Below, in pieces: positions 8,669 to 16,978 of a DNA stretch of 41,241 bases. The DNA is from a virus (taxonomy: Duplodnaviria > Caudoviricetes). The stretch is from the IMG/VR virus record IMGVR_UViG_3300037484_001808, positions 1 through 41,241 of that record. One strand, 5' to 3'. The position numbers and the translations under genes are program-made. A model generated the notes under the pieces. It ran no database searches and was not told the DNA's origin. It saw nothing but the letters and a program-made list of their open reading frames with translations. Each line of letters opens with the position of its first letter. The stretch's first letter is position 1.

Positions 8669-9457
8669 TTGAACTCAAGTGAGAAGAAAAACTACCGAAT
8701 ATGGGCCCCCCCCTACCGGAATTGGTCCGGAGGAGTGCGGGTTCTTTACCGTCTGGCGGAACTGCTGCGTCAACGGGGGTTCGCCGCGACAATCAATGAA
8801 AAACCGGCCGGAGACGATTATGTGGCCGTCTATCCGGAGACGGTGAAGGAGATCAACCCCTGGGGAGCCCCCCACGTGGTGAGGTACCTCCTGCATAGAC
8901 CGGGCGTTGTCGGAGGGCCTAAATCGTATCCTAAAGGTGTTTTGAAGGTCTGGTACAACGGAATATTCCGTGGATCGGATATCGATCCGGTCCTGAACAT
9001 TCAGATCGTCGAGCTCGATCTCTTCAACCTGCAGGGAGTCGGGATCCGGGAAACCACTTCCACCTGGATCGGCAGGGCGGCAAGGTACGGGTACCAGAAG
9101 GGAAAACCGGTAGGAGAGACCATGATCGCCCATAACTGGCCCCCAACCCGAAAAGAAGTGGCTGACTTGCTCAAAAGGAGCAAAGTTCTCTACACCTACG
9201 AGCCATTCACCTCGTTGACCACGGAGGCGGCGCTTTGCGGTTGCCCCTCGGTGATCATGACGGATATGTCCAGGTATCCGATCAGCCGGAAGGAAATCGA
9301 GGGGCTCGGCTGGGATCCGCCTGGCGTGGGTTGGGGAATGGATGAAATTGATAAGGCCCGGGAGACCCTTCCCCGGGCATTGCCGGCCTATCTGGTGAAT
9401 GAAGAGCAGACCAAGGGACAATTGAGCGCTTTTATCGAAAAAACGCAGAGCATGTGA
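8669..9457 (+). CDS. Glycosyltransferase-like protein (GT-B fold)
   Basis: IWAPPY..SGGVRVLYRLAELL, VAVYPE, VVRYLL and EAALCGCPSV motifs; start uncertain (TTG 8669 vs ATG 8543). Confidence 0.75.
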   Translation: MNSSEKKNYRIWAPPYRNWSGGVRVLYRLAELLRQRGFAATINEKPAGDDYVAVYPETVKEINPWGAPHVVRYLLHRPGVVGGPKSYPKGVLKVWYNGIFRGSDIDPVLNIQIVELDLFNLQGVGIRETTSTWIGRAARYGYQKGKPVGETMIAHNWPPTRKEVADLLKRSKVLYTYEPFTSLTTEAALCGCPSVIMTDMSRYPISRKEIEGLGWDPPGVGWGMDEIDKARETLPRALPAYLVNEEQTKGQLSAFIEKTQSM

Positions 9458-9459
9458 AA

Positions 9460-9762
9460 ATGACCAAACGAACCCAGGCGGAAATCGGCGCGGAGTTGAT
9501 CAGACGATTAAAAAGGAAATGGAATAACGATGGCTGGATCGTCTGTGGGAAGAGGGGGCAAATCGGAAAGAGCCACCCCTCGGAAGTGGCGGACATCATG
9601 GCAAGGATGCCGGAACCGAAAATGCCCAATTTTTGCCGGATTGCCTGCGATGAAGCATTGAGGCGGATGGGCAGGCCTTTTGGCGCTGCCAAATACCTCG
9701 GCGTTTCCCCAAGTTATATTTTCAGAGGTTTGCGCAAGCCGGCGGGCAGAGGGAAAGACTGA
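9460..9762 (+). CDS. Small protein with C-terminal helix-turn-helix
   Basis: AAKYLGVSPSYIFRGL HTH-like segment; abuts both neighbours. Confidence 0.5.
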   Translation: MTKRTQAEIGAELIRRLKRKWNNDGWIVCGKRGQIGKSHPSEVADIMARMPEPKMPNFCRIACDEALRRMGRPFGAAKYLGVSPSYIFRGLRKPAGRGKD

Positions 9763-10362
9763 ATGGCCGGCGCGGAAATAAATGTCTGCATCCCCTTTGA
9801 CCCGGAGGCCAACCTGGGCCGGGAATACAACCGGCTGATGCGCGAGTCCCAGCGGGAGTGGGTACTCTTCCTGGATCATGATGCGTTGATCCTAAATCCC
9901 CATTGGCATTATCTCTGCAGGGAGGCCATTACCAGGGTTCCAGCGGCGGGGATTTTCACCGCCTTGACAGGGAACATCGGTTCATCCGCCCAGCTCCTGA
10001 AATGGGCCCCGTCTCCGCAGGATTCAATTCCGGCCCATCAAGAAATCGCCTTGAAACTCTGGCGAAAGAGAGGAACGGGCCTTACCGATATCACGGAGGA
10101 TTCGATTTCCGGCTTCTTCCTCCTGACCTCCCGGACCGCCTGGGAGAAAGCGGGGGGATTCCCGGAACCGGGTCTCTTCGGGGTGGATCGGGAGTACCGG
10201 CGGAGGGTTGTCGCCGCGGGCCTGCGGGTCTTCCGGATAGATGGAATTTACGTTTTCCATCTCCGCGACCGGTCCCGGGGATCCTGGATCCCGGGAATGA
10301 AGACCTCCAAGGAACTTTGGGATGAATATTCGGCCGCCAAGCGGGCGAGAGCCTCCCCTTGA
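9763..10362 (+). CDS. Glycosyltransferase family 2-like protein
   Basis: EWVLFLDHD (DxD), ISGFFLL..WEKAGGF, GVDREY and YVFH motifs. Confidence 0.85.
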   Translation: MAGAEINVCIPFDPEANLGREYNRLMRESQREWVLFLDHDALILNPHWHYLCREAITRVPAAGIFTALTGNIGSSAQLLKWAPSPQDSIPAHQEIALKLWRKRGTGLTDITEDSISGFFLLTSRTAWEKAGGFPEPGLFGVDREYRRRVVAAGLRVFRIDGIYVFHLRDRSRGSWIPGMKTSKELWDEYSAAKRARASP

Positions 10363-10413
10363 GGACATTATTCTTCTGCGGGGTCAGGTTGAGGGAGCGG
10401 AACAAGAGGGATT

Positions 10414-11193
10414 ATGAATTTTGAGCCAGGCAAGAAAATCGATGTCGTCTACCCCATGGCGCCCGTAGCCAAGGGGCCGGATGATTTCGAGCTCCGGTAT
10501 TCCCTCCGCTCCTTCGATTCCCAGACCTGGGCCGGCAACGTCTTCACTGTCGGGTATCGACCCCGCTGGTTGAAAAACGCCCAGCACATCGATTCCTCCG
10601 ATCAATGGCATCAAAACTTCAAGGATAAGAACATCATCAAGAAAATGCTGCGGGCCTGCGTGGACGGCCGGGTCAGCGACCCCTTCGTCGCCAATTCCGA
10701 TGATCAATATTGGCTGAAGCCGATCGGTCCGGATGACATGCTGATTCCCCCCCGGGAGAATCCGGCGCAGATGGATGTGGATCGTGCCTCGAAAATTCCG
10801 GGCCAGTTCCGCGCATGGCGGAACCAATGGGTGAAGCGCCAGTTCGAGACGATCGACTTCCTCAAAAAACAGGGTAAGTCCGATATCCCATTCGATGGCC
10901 ACGTGCCTTATCTGATCGATAAGGAGAGTTACCTCCGGACCATGGCCGAGATCCCCTGGGAGATGGGGAATGGGTTTCTCATAGTGGTCTACCACGGATA
11001 CAACTGGCAGAACGGCTTTCCGATCGAGTCCCGGGACGGAGTCCTGAAAAGAATCATAACCGAGATGAACTGCGCGGAAATCGAGGGCGTCACGGGAAAG
11101 GCCCTCTTTCTGAACCATAATAATAAAGGCCTGGGTCCGGGCATGCGGGAATTTCTGAAAAAACGGTTCCCGAATCCCTCGAGGTGGGAATGA
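10414..11193 (+). CDS. Stealth-like (sugar-1-phosphate transferase-like) protein
   Basis: IDVVYP, ELRYSLRS, FVANSDD and HVPYLIDK resemble Stealth conserved regions. Confidence 0.7.
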   Translation: MNFEPGKKIDVVYPMAPVAKGPDDFELRYSLRSFDSQTWAGNVFTVGYRPRWLKNAQHIDSSDQWHQNFKDKNIIKKMLRACVDGRVSDPFVANSDDQYWLKPIGPDDMLIPPRENPAQMDVDRASKIPGQFRAWRNQWVKRQFETIDFLKKQGKSDIPFDGHVPYLIDKESYLRTMAEIPWEMGNGFLIVVYHGYNWQNGFPIESRDGVLKRIITEMNCAEIEGVTGKALFLNHNNKGLGPGMREFLKKRFPNPSRWE

Positions 11194-11783
11194 ACATCAA
11201 GGTCGTGACCCCCCCGGTAAATCTGCCCGTCACGGTGGCGGAGCTCAAGAGCCACTGCAACATAGAGATCGACGATGACGACGTCCAGCTCGAGCAGAAG
11301 ATCAAGGCGTCCGTGGCCCTCCTGGACCCCCCGAACGGCCGACTCGGCCGGGCCCTGATCTCCCAGACGCTTCGTTATTCGGTGGCCTCATTCCCCTCCG
11401 GGACCATCATTCTTCCCTACCCCCCGGTCCAGTCGATAACCTCGATCAAGTATGTGGACAGCTTGGAGGTGGAGCATACCGTCTCGACCTCCATTTACCA
11501 GCTCAAAAACGACTCCGACCCGGCGATGGTCATCCTGAAATACAACCAGGAATGGCCCACGGACTCCCTGAGCGAAAACGACCCCCTCCCGGTCAAGATC
11601 GATTTCGTCGCCGGCTATGGGGCAAATCCGGCAAATGTGCCGGAGGCCATCCGCCTGGGGATTATGATCGAGGTCGCGGATTTTTATATGCATAGAGAAA
11701 ATCTCCTCATGGGCCAGTCCCTGACCCAGAACGAGTTTACCCGCCGGATCTTCGATAATTTCATCTGGCGGCACATTCCTTAG
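11190..11783 (+). CDS. Head-tail connector (gp6-like adaptor)
   Basis: PVTVAELKSH, LGRALISQT, PPVQSITSIKY, FVAGYG..VPEAIR and FYMHRE motifs. Confidence 0.9.
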   Translation: MNIKVVTPPVNLPVTVAELKSHCNIEIDDDDVQLEQKIKASVALLDPPNGRLGRALISQTLRYSVASFPSGTIILPYPPVQSITSIKYVDSLEVEHTVSTSIYQLKNDSDPAMVILKYNQEWPTDSLSENDPLPVKIDFVAGYGANPANVPEAIRLGIMIEVADFYMHRENLLMGQSLTQNEFTRRIFDNFIWRHIP

Positions 11784-11817
11784 GCAGGGACGTTTCGCCG
11801 AAACGTGCGGGAAGAAA

Positions 11818-12237
11818 ATGCAGGCAGGCAAGCTGAGGCACAAAATCACGGTCCAGGAAAACCGCCCGGTTCAGGACGAGCTGGGCAGGGCGCAGCGGGA
11901 CGACTACGGGGCGCAGATCGACAACTGGGTCGACCTCTGGACCTGCCGGGCCAGTATGGAGCCCCTTTCCGGCCGGGAGTACTTCGCCTCCGCCCAGATC
12001 CAGGCGGAGCAGGTGACCCGGTTCCGGATCCGGTATCCGAGGTTCCAGATCTGGCCCGGGATGCGGGTCAAGTACCGGGATCCCGTCCTGGCTGCCGACC
12101 GCTATTTCGATATCCAGGCGGCGATAAACCAGAATGAGCGGAACATCGAGCTCTGGCTGATGTGCGTCGAGCAGGTCAAGCCTCTGACCGCCGCGGTCGC
12201 GTCAGGATCGAGCTCGAGCGCGGGGGCCGGCTCATGA
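11818..12237 (+). CDS. Head closure / head-tail joining protein (SPP1 gp16-like) with Ser/Gly C-terminal tail
   Basis: AGKLRHKITVQ, PLSGREYF and RFRIRY motifs; ends ASGSSSSAGAGS. Confidence 0.9.
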   Translation: MQAGKLRHKITVQENRPVQDELGRAQRDDYGAQIDNWVDLWTCRASMEPLSGREYFASAQIQAEQVTRFRIRYPRFQIWPGMRVKYRDPVLAADRYFDIQAAINQNERNIELWLMCVEQVKPLTAAVASGSSSSAGAGS

Positions 12238-12707
12238 GCGACTTTTTCACTTTCGAAGTCAAGGGCCTGAAGGAGATGGGCGACCAGCTGGCGCAGCTGC
12301 CCGGGAAGATCGCCCGGCGGGCCCTGGCGGCCGCCGTCCGGGAGGGGGCGAACGTGATCCGGACCGCCGGCCGGCAGGCTGCCCCCGTGGGGACGAAGAC
12401 CTACAAGGACTGGAAAGGGAGGATTCACCGCCCGGGGCTCCTCCGGAAATCGGGCGTGATTACCAAAAAGATGAGGCCGAAAGATTGGCAAAGCACGGTC
12501 CTCTTCGGCGTGGGCTTCAGGGGGCGCGGATATTACGGGCGATGGGTCGAGCGCGGCAAATCGAAGAAGCACCGGCAGGCCCCCCATCCTTTCCTGGTCC
12601 CCGCCTTCGAGGCGAAGGGCGAAGAGGCAATCCAGGCGATCAAGCGGCGCCTGGGCGAGGAATTGGTGAGCATCATCCATTCGACGCCGGGCATGAGGGT
12701 GAAATGA
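12234..12707 (+). CDS. HK97 gp10-like tail completion protein
   Basis: VKGLKEM, YYGRWVERG and HPFLVPAFE motifs. Confidence 0.88.
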   Translation: MSDFFTFEVKGLKEMGDQLAQLPGKIARRALAAAVREGANVIRTAGRQAAPVGTKTYKDWKGRIHRPGLLRKSGVITKKMRPKDWQSTVLFGVGFRGRGYYGRWVERGKSKKHRQAPHPFLVPAFEAKGEEAIQAIKRRLGEELVSIIHSTPGMRVK

Positions 12708-13072
12708 TCGAAAAGACTTTATACCTGCTCCTCTCGGGCCTCGAAGGCATCGCCCTTTTCCCCCTGGTCATCCCCCAGGAGCAGACCCAGCCCTGCGTCA
12801 GCTACATGCGCCTCAAGACCACCCCCACGAACACGCAGCAGGGGACAAATAGAAAGCATGACAACGGGCAGTTCCAGGTCGATGTCTGGACCAAGGATTA
12901 CCTCCGGGCGGCGGAGCTCGCGGAGCAGATCATCGATCGTTTGGTTGAGGCCTACGGGGCCACCGCCCTGCTGCTGGAAAACAAGGACGAACCGTATGAC
13001 AGCCAGCCCGGCATCTACCACCGGGTCCTGGTCTTTTCTTTGAGAGAAATCAGAGCGGAAGGAGGGTCATAA
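12704..13072 (+). CDS. Tail terminator (DUF3168-like)
   Basis: FPLVIPQ..PCVSY and FQVDVW motifs; position. Confidence 0.8.
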   Translation: MIEKTLYLLLSGLEGIALFPLVIPQEQTQPCVSYMRLKTTPTNTQQGTNRKHDNGQFQVDVWTKDYLRAAELAEQIIDRLVEAYGATALLLENKDEPYDSQPGIYHRVLVFSLREIRAEGGS

Positions 13073-13073
13073 A

Positions 13074-13475
13074 ATGAGTGAAGCAATCGAAACCCAGGGA
13101 ACGATCGTCACCTGGAATGCCATCCCCGTCGCGGAAGTCATTTCGTTCACCGGTCCGGGAGGGGTGGCCGGGACGTATGATGTCACCCATCTGCTGTCGA
13201 CCAGGAGAGAAAAGCGCGCCAGTCTCCCCGACGAAGGCGATTATACAATGGAATGTAATTATGTCCCCGGGGATCCTGGGCAGCAGGCGCTCATAGCCGA
13301 CCGTGCCAGCCGTACGGTCCGCGAGGTCGTCATTACTTATAGCGATGGGACGACGGACACGTTCAATGCCTATTGCACGGGGATGCCAAAATCGGGCGGC
13401 GTGGATAACAAGGTCGGCATCTCATTCACCCTGGCGATCACCGGGGAAGTCGTCAACAACCCTGCGGGGAGCTGA
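13074..13475 (+). CDS. Major tail tube protein
   Basis: DVTHLLS..REKRASLPDEG, PGQQAL and LAITGEV motifs of siphophage tube proteins; hairpin follows at ~13499-13533. Confidence 0.85.
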   Translation: MSEAIETQGTIVTWNAIPVAEVISFTGPGGVAGTYDVTHLLSTRREKRASLPDEGDYTMECNYVPGDPGQQALIADRASRTVREVVITYSDGTTDTFNAYCTGMPKSGGVDNKVGISFTLAITGEVVNNPAGS

Positions 13476-13558
13476 TCCGGGAAGACAAGCGGACTTTGGG
13501 GCCGGGCCCGGGTAATCCCGGGCCCCGGATCCCCGCGCATTTTATCCAGGAGGAACCC

Positions 13559-13963
13559 ATGAGTTTAACTCGCGAAGCCATCCTCGCGGCCGACGACCTG
13601 AAAAGGGAAGAGGTCCAGGTCCCGGAGTGGGAAGGATCCGTCTTTATCCGCTGCATGACCGGCACCGAACGGGACGCCTTCGAATCGGAAGCCTACACGG
13701 TGAAGGGAAAGGACGTGGAGATCAACCGGGACAACTTCCGGGCGAGACTCCTCGTCCGCGTCCTGGTCGACGAGAAGGATGAGCGTCTCTTTTCCCAGAA
13801 GGATATCGCCGCCCTGGGGGCCAAGTCGGGAAAGGTTCTGGACCGGATCTTCACCGCGGCCATGAAAATCAATGGTCTTTCCAAGGATGACGTGGACGAT
13901 CTAACAAAAAACTCCTTGCCCGGGGAGAAAGACGATTCTGCTTCTTCCTCGCCCGGGAATTAG
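13559..13963 (+). CDS. Tail assembly chaperone (gpG-like)
   Basis: AGGAGG SD; VPEWEGSVFIR..ERDAFE motif; lies between the tube and tape measure genes. Confidence 0.88.
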   Translation: MSLTREAILAADDLKREEVQVPEWEGSVFIRCMTGTERDAFESEAYTVKGKDVEINRDNFRARLLVRVLVDEKDERLFSQKDIAALGAKSGKVLDRIFTAAMKINGLSKDDVDDLTKNSLPGEKDDSASSSPGN

Positions 13964-14124
13964 GAATGACCGTACGCCAGCTCCTCAACAGCCTGGACAG
14001 CCGGGAGATCTCCGAATGGATCGCCTATTTCAACCTCGGAAAAGCCGAAAAAGAAAAGCCCCCCGCGGGCAGCCTTGAGCAACAGTTCAAGTCAGCCCTC
14101 GGCAGCAGGAGAAAGAAAAAGTAA
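13906..14124 (+). CDS. -1 frameshift extension of tail chaperone (gpGT-like)
   Basis: Slippery A AAA AAC at 13906-13912; the -1 frame reads LLARGERRFCFFLARELGMTVRQLLNSLDSREISEWIAYF... to TAA 14122-14124, which overlaps the TMP ATG. Confidence 0.85.
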   Translation, partial: KKLLARGERRFCFFLARELGMTVRQLLNSLDSREISEWIAYFNLGKAEKEKPPAGSLEQQFKSALGSRRKKK

Positions 14125-16592
14125 TGGCCACTGTTCCCGGGATCATGCTCGACATCAGCGCCAACGTCGCCAGGATGCAGGCGGACATGCGGCGCCTGAT
14201 CGGGACCATGGATTCTGGATTCGGGCAGATCAAGTCTCTCGCGAAGGGGGCGGGTGCCGCCATCGCAGCTTATTTTGCCGCGGAAAAACTCCTTGGTCTG
14301 GCAAAACAGGCTTTAGAAACCGGGGACCGCCTGAACAAGCTCAGCCAGTCCACGGGAATCACCGTCGAGACCCTATCCTCCCTGAAATACGCCGCCGAGT
14401 TAGCCGACCTCGACCTGGACAGCCTGGCCAAGGGCGTAGGCATCCTGTCCCGGAACATGTTCGAGGCCCAGGGAGGCACGGGGGAGGCCGCGGAGGCCAT
14501 CAAGGCCCTCGGCTTATCTATCCAGGATACCCAGGGGAATCTTCTCGGCAGCGACGCCGTCCTGGGGCAGATTGCGGATAAATTTGAGGGGATGAGGGAT
14601 GGAGCGGGCAAAACCGCACTGGCCATGAAGCTCTTCGGGAAAAGCGGGGCGGCCCTCATTCCGCTCTTAAACCAGGGATCCTCTTCGCTTGCCGAGATGC
14701 GCGCCGAGGCGGAAAAGATGGGCCTGGTCATGTCCACCGAGACGGCGCAGCAGATGGAGCGGGTGAATGACAATTTCACCCGGATGAAGATGTCCGTCCA
14801 GGGGCTGGCCATCATCACCATGAGCCAGGTCCTACCAACCCTGGAAAATCTCACCAACATCCTCCTGGAGATGGAAAAGAGCACTAGCTTCTTCCAGAGG
14901 ACGGGCGAGGCGGCCGCGTTCACCCTGAAAAGCATCGCCTCCGCGGGGGTTGTGCTTTATACGACCCTCGACCAGGTGATAAAGATGATCGCGGCTTCCG
15001 GCGCGGCCGTAAATTCGCTCCTTACCGGGGATCTCGGGCATGCCAAAAATGTCATAGACCTATATTTCCAGGATTATGATCGGATACAAACCGAATCCGC
15101 GGCCCTGCTCTCCCGGATTTGGGACAAGAACGCCGAGGACGCGCTGCGGGCCGCCAACAAGATCAAGAAGGCCCGCGGCGAGGCCCCCGCGCTGGCCGGT
15201 GATGACGAGAAGCAGATAGAGAAACGCCTGAAGGCGATTTTCGAGGAGGCCGAGGCCCTGCAGATGGGCGCGGATGCCCTTGATCTTTACAAGAAAGGCC
15301 TTCACGGGGCGACCTCCGAGCAGAAGGACTACGCCCTGGGCCTCATCCGGACCATCGAGGGCTTCGAACAGTCCAGGAAGGCGATCCTGGACCGGGTCAA
15401 GGCGGCGGAGGAGGACCAGAAGCAGTTCCTCGATAATGAATCCGCCCTCCTGGCTATGGTCGAAGCGATGAAGATGCAGGCCATTACCGCGTCCATGAGC
15501 GAGGAGGAAACCGCCAAGTTCCAGCTGACCCTCAAGGGTGCGTCCCAGGCCCTCCTTGATAACACGGAAGCCTATTTCAAGGCCATCCGGGCGGCCAGGC
15601 AGTACCAGGAGGAGATCGACCTGATCAAAGGCGTCATCGAGGAAACCAAATCCCCAATGGACCGGTACCAGGAGCGGATGAAGGAGATCCAGAGCCTCCT
15701 GGACAGCGGGATGATCGGGCCCGATAAGGCCCTGCAGGCGGAGAAAATCGCCTGGACCAGGATGATCGGGGGCGAGAAGGACTCCGTCGCGGAACGAGAG
15801 CAGATCCTTCTGGACTTTGCCGACCGAGTCCGGAGCCAGAACCGGTTTACGGCCGACGCCGCCATTTTCGAGATCGAGCGCCAGGCGGCGATCTTCAAGA
15901 AGGCCGGAGCCGACGAAGTGGCCGTGGCCATCTGGGCCGCCAAGGAGAAGCAGAAGGCCTCCCGGGAATGGCAGGACGGGGCCATGCGCGGCCTGGAAGA
16001 CTACGCAGTGGAGGCGACCAACGCCGCCAAGAATGTCGAGGGGGTCATTTCCAATAGCTTTAAGAACATGGAAGACGCCCTGGTCGACTTCGTCAAGACC
16101 GGCAAACTGAACTTCAAGAGCCTTGTGGATTCGATTATCGCCGACCTGATCCGGATGGCCATCCGCCAGAACATCACCGGACCCATGGCCTCCGGTTTCA
16201 TGCAGGTCCTGAGCGGCCTGTTTGCGACTCCGGGCGCGGGCGCCGGCGGCGGATCCGGAGCTGGGGCGGGAGTCAATTACGGATACAGTTTTCACGAGGG
16301 GGGCATCGTCGGGGGCGCCGCCCGGATGAGCAGATCCATGCCGGCGGCATACCTGGCTGCGGCCCCCAGGTACCATGGAGGCCTCCAGCCCGACGAATTC
16401 CCGGCCGTCCTGAAGCGCGGAGAAGGCGTCTTCACCCCCGAGCAGATGCGGGCCATGGGTGGAACATCCATCTCGATCTCCATTCCGATCAGCATGTCCG
16501 AAGGCGACAACCGGAAAAACGCCCGGATGCAACGCGACCTTGAAGCAGAAGCCGAACCGGTTATTCGGAGAATCATCCAGAGGTATATGTAA
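14124..16592 (+). CDS. Tail tape measure protein
   Basis: 822-aa Ala-rich helical protein with lambda-type C-terminal region (LVDFVKTGKLNFKSLVDSIIADL). Confidence 0.93.
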   Translation: MATVPGIMLDISANVARMQADMRRLIGTMDSGFGQIKSLAKGAGAAIAAYFAAEKLLGLAKQALETGDRLNKLSQSTGITVETLSSLKYAAELADLDLDSLAKGVGILSRNMFEAQGGTGEAAEAIKALGLSIQDTQGNLLGSDAVLGQIADKFEGMRDGAGKTALAMKLFGKSGAALIPLLNQGSSSLAEMRAEAEKMGLVMSTETAQQMERVNDNFTRMKMSVQGLAIITMSQVLPTLENLTNILLEMEKSTSFFQRTGEAAAFTLKSIASAGVVLYTTLDQVIKMIAASGAAVNSLLTGDLGHAKNVIDLYFQDYDRIQTESAALLSRIWDKNAEDALRAANKIKKARGEAPALAGDDEKQIEKRLKAIFEEAEALQMGADALDLYKKGLHGATSEQKDYALGLIRTIEGFEQSRKAILDRVKAAEEDQKQFLDNESALLAMVEAMKMQAITASMSEEETAKFQLTLKGASQALLDNTEAYFKAIRAARQYQEEIDLIKGVIEETKSPMDRYQERMKEIQSLLDSGMIGPDKALQAEKIAWTRMIGGEKDSVAEREQILLDFADRVRSQNRFTADAAIFEIERQAAIFKKAGADEVAVAIWAAKEKQKASREWQDGAMRGLEDYAVEATNAAKNVEGVISNSFKNMEDALVDFVKTGKLNFKSLVDSIIADLIRMAIRQNITGPMASGFMQVLSGLFATPGAGAGGGSGAGAGVNYGYSFHEGGIVGGAARMSRSMPAAYLAAAPRYHGGLQPDEFPAVLKRGEGVFTPEQMRAMGGTSISISIPISMSEGDNRKNARMQRDLEAEAEPVIRRIIQRYM

Positions 16593-16978
16593 TGCCGATG
16601 ACCCTTGGAACCTACACTCTTACCCATTACCCCTCGGCCTTCACCCAGCCCAGGCCGCAGCGGGCGAACGCCTACCTTGAAACCGCCGAATCGGTAGCTC
16701 ATTTTAGTTGGGGTTTTTTCATTGTCGGAAAGATCATCGATCTAATCTGGAATTACATGCCATCCGAGCAGTTCGACGATCTGGACGCCGTCTTCCAGGG
16801 GGACGCGGAAGTCGTCTGGGACCCGGGGATCCCCCCGGCAGGGAGCGACCCGGCGTCGACCTATAATGTTCAGATCCTGGATTTCACCGGTGATTTCCAT
16901 GAAGCGGTAGGGACAGACCCAGAGATCTGGCGGTCGAATTGCCGCATGACCCTCTTGATCATAAGCAAGGTGGCCTGA
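16592..16978 (+). CDS. Putative distal tail protein
   Basis: Position directly after TMP with coupled start and stop. Confidence 0.55.
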   Translation: MPMTLGTYTLTHYPSAFTQPRPQRANAYLETAESVAHFSWGFFIVGKIIDLIWNYMPSEQFDDLDAVFQGDAEVVWDPGIPPAGSDPASTYNVQILDFTGDFHEAVGTDPEIWRSNCRMTLLIISKVA

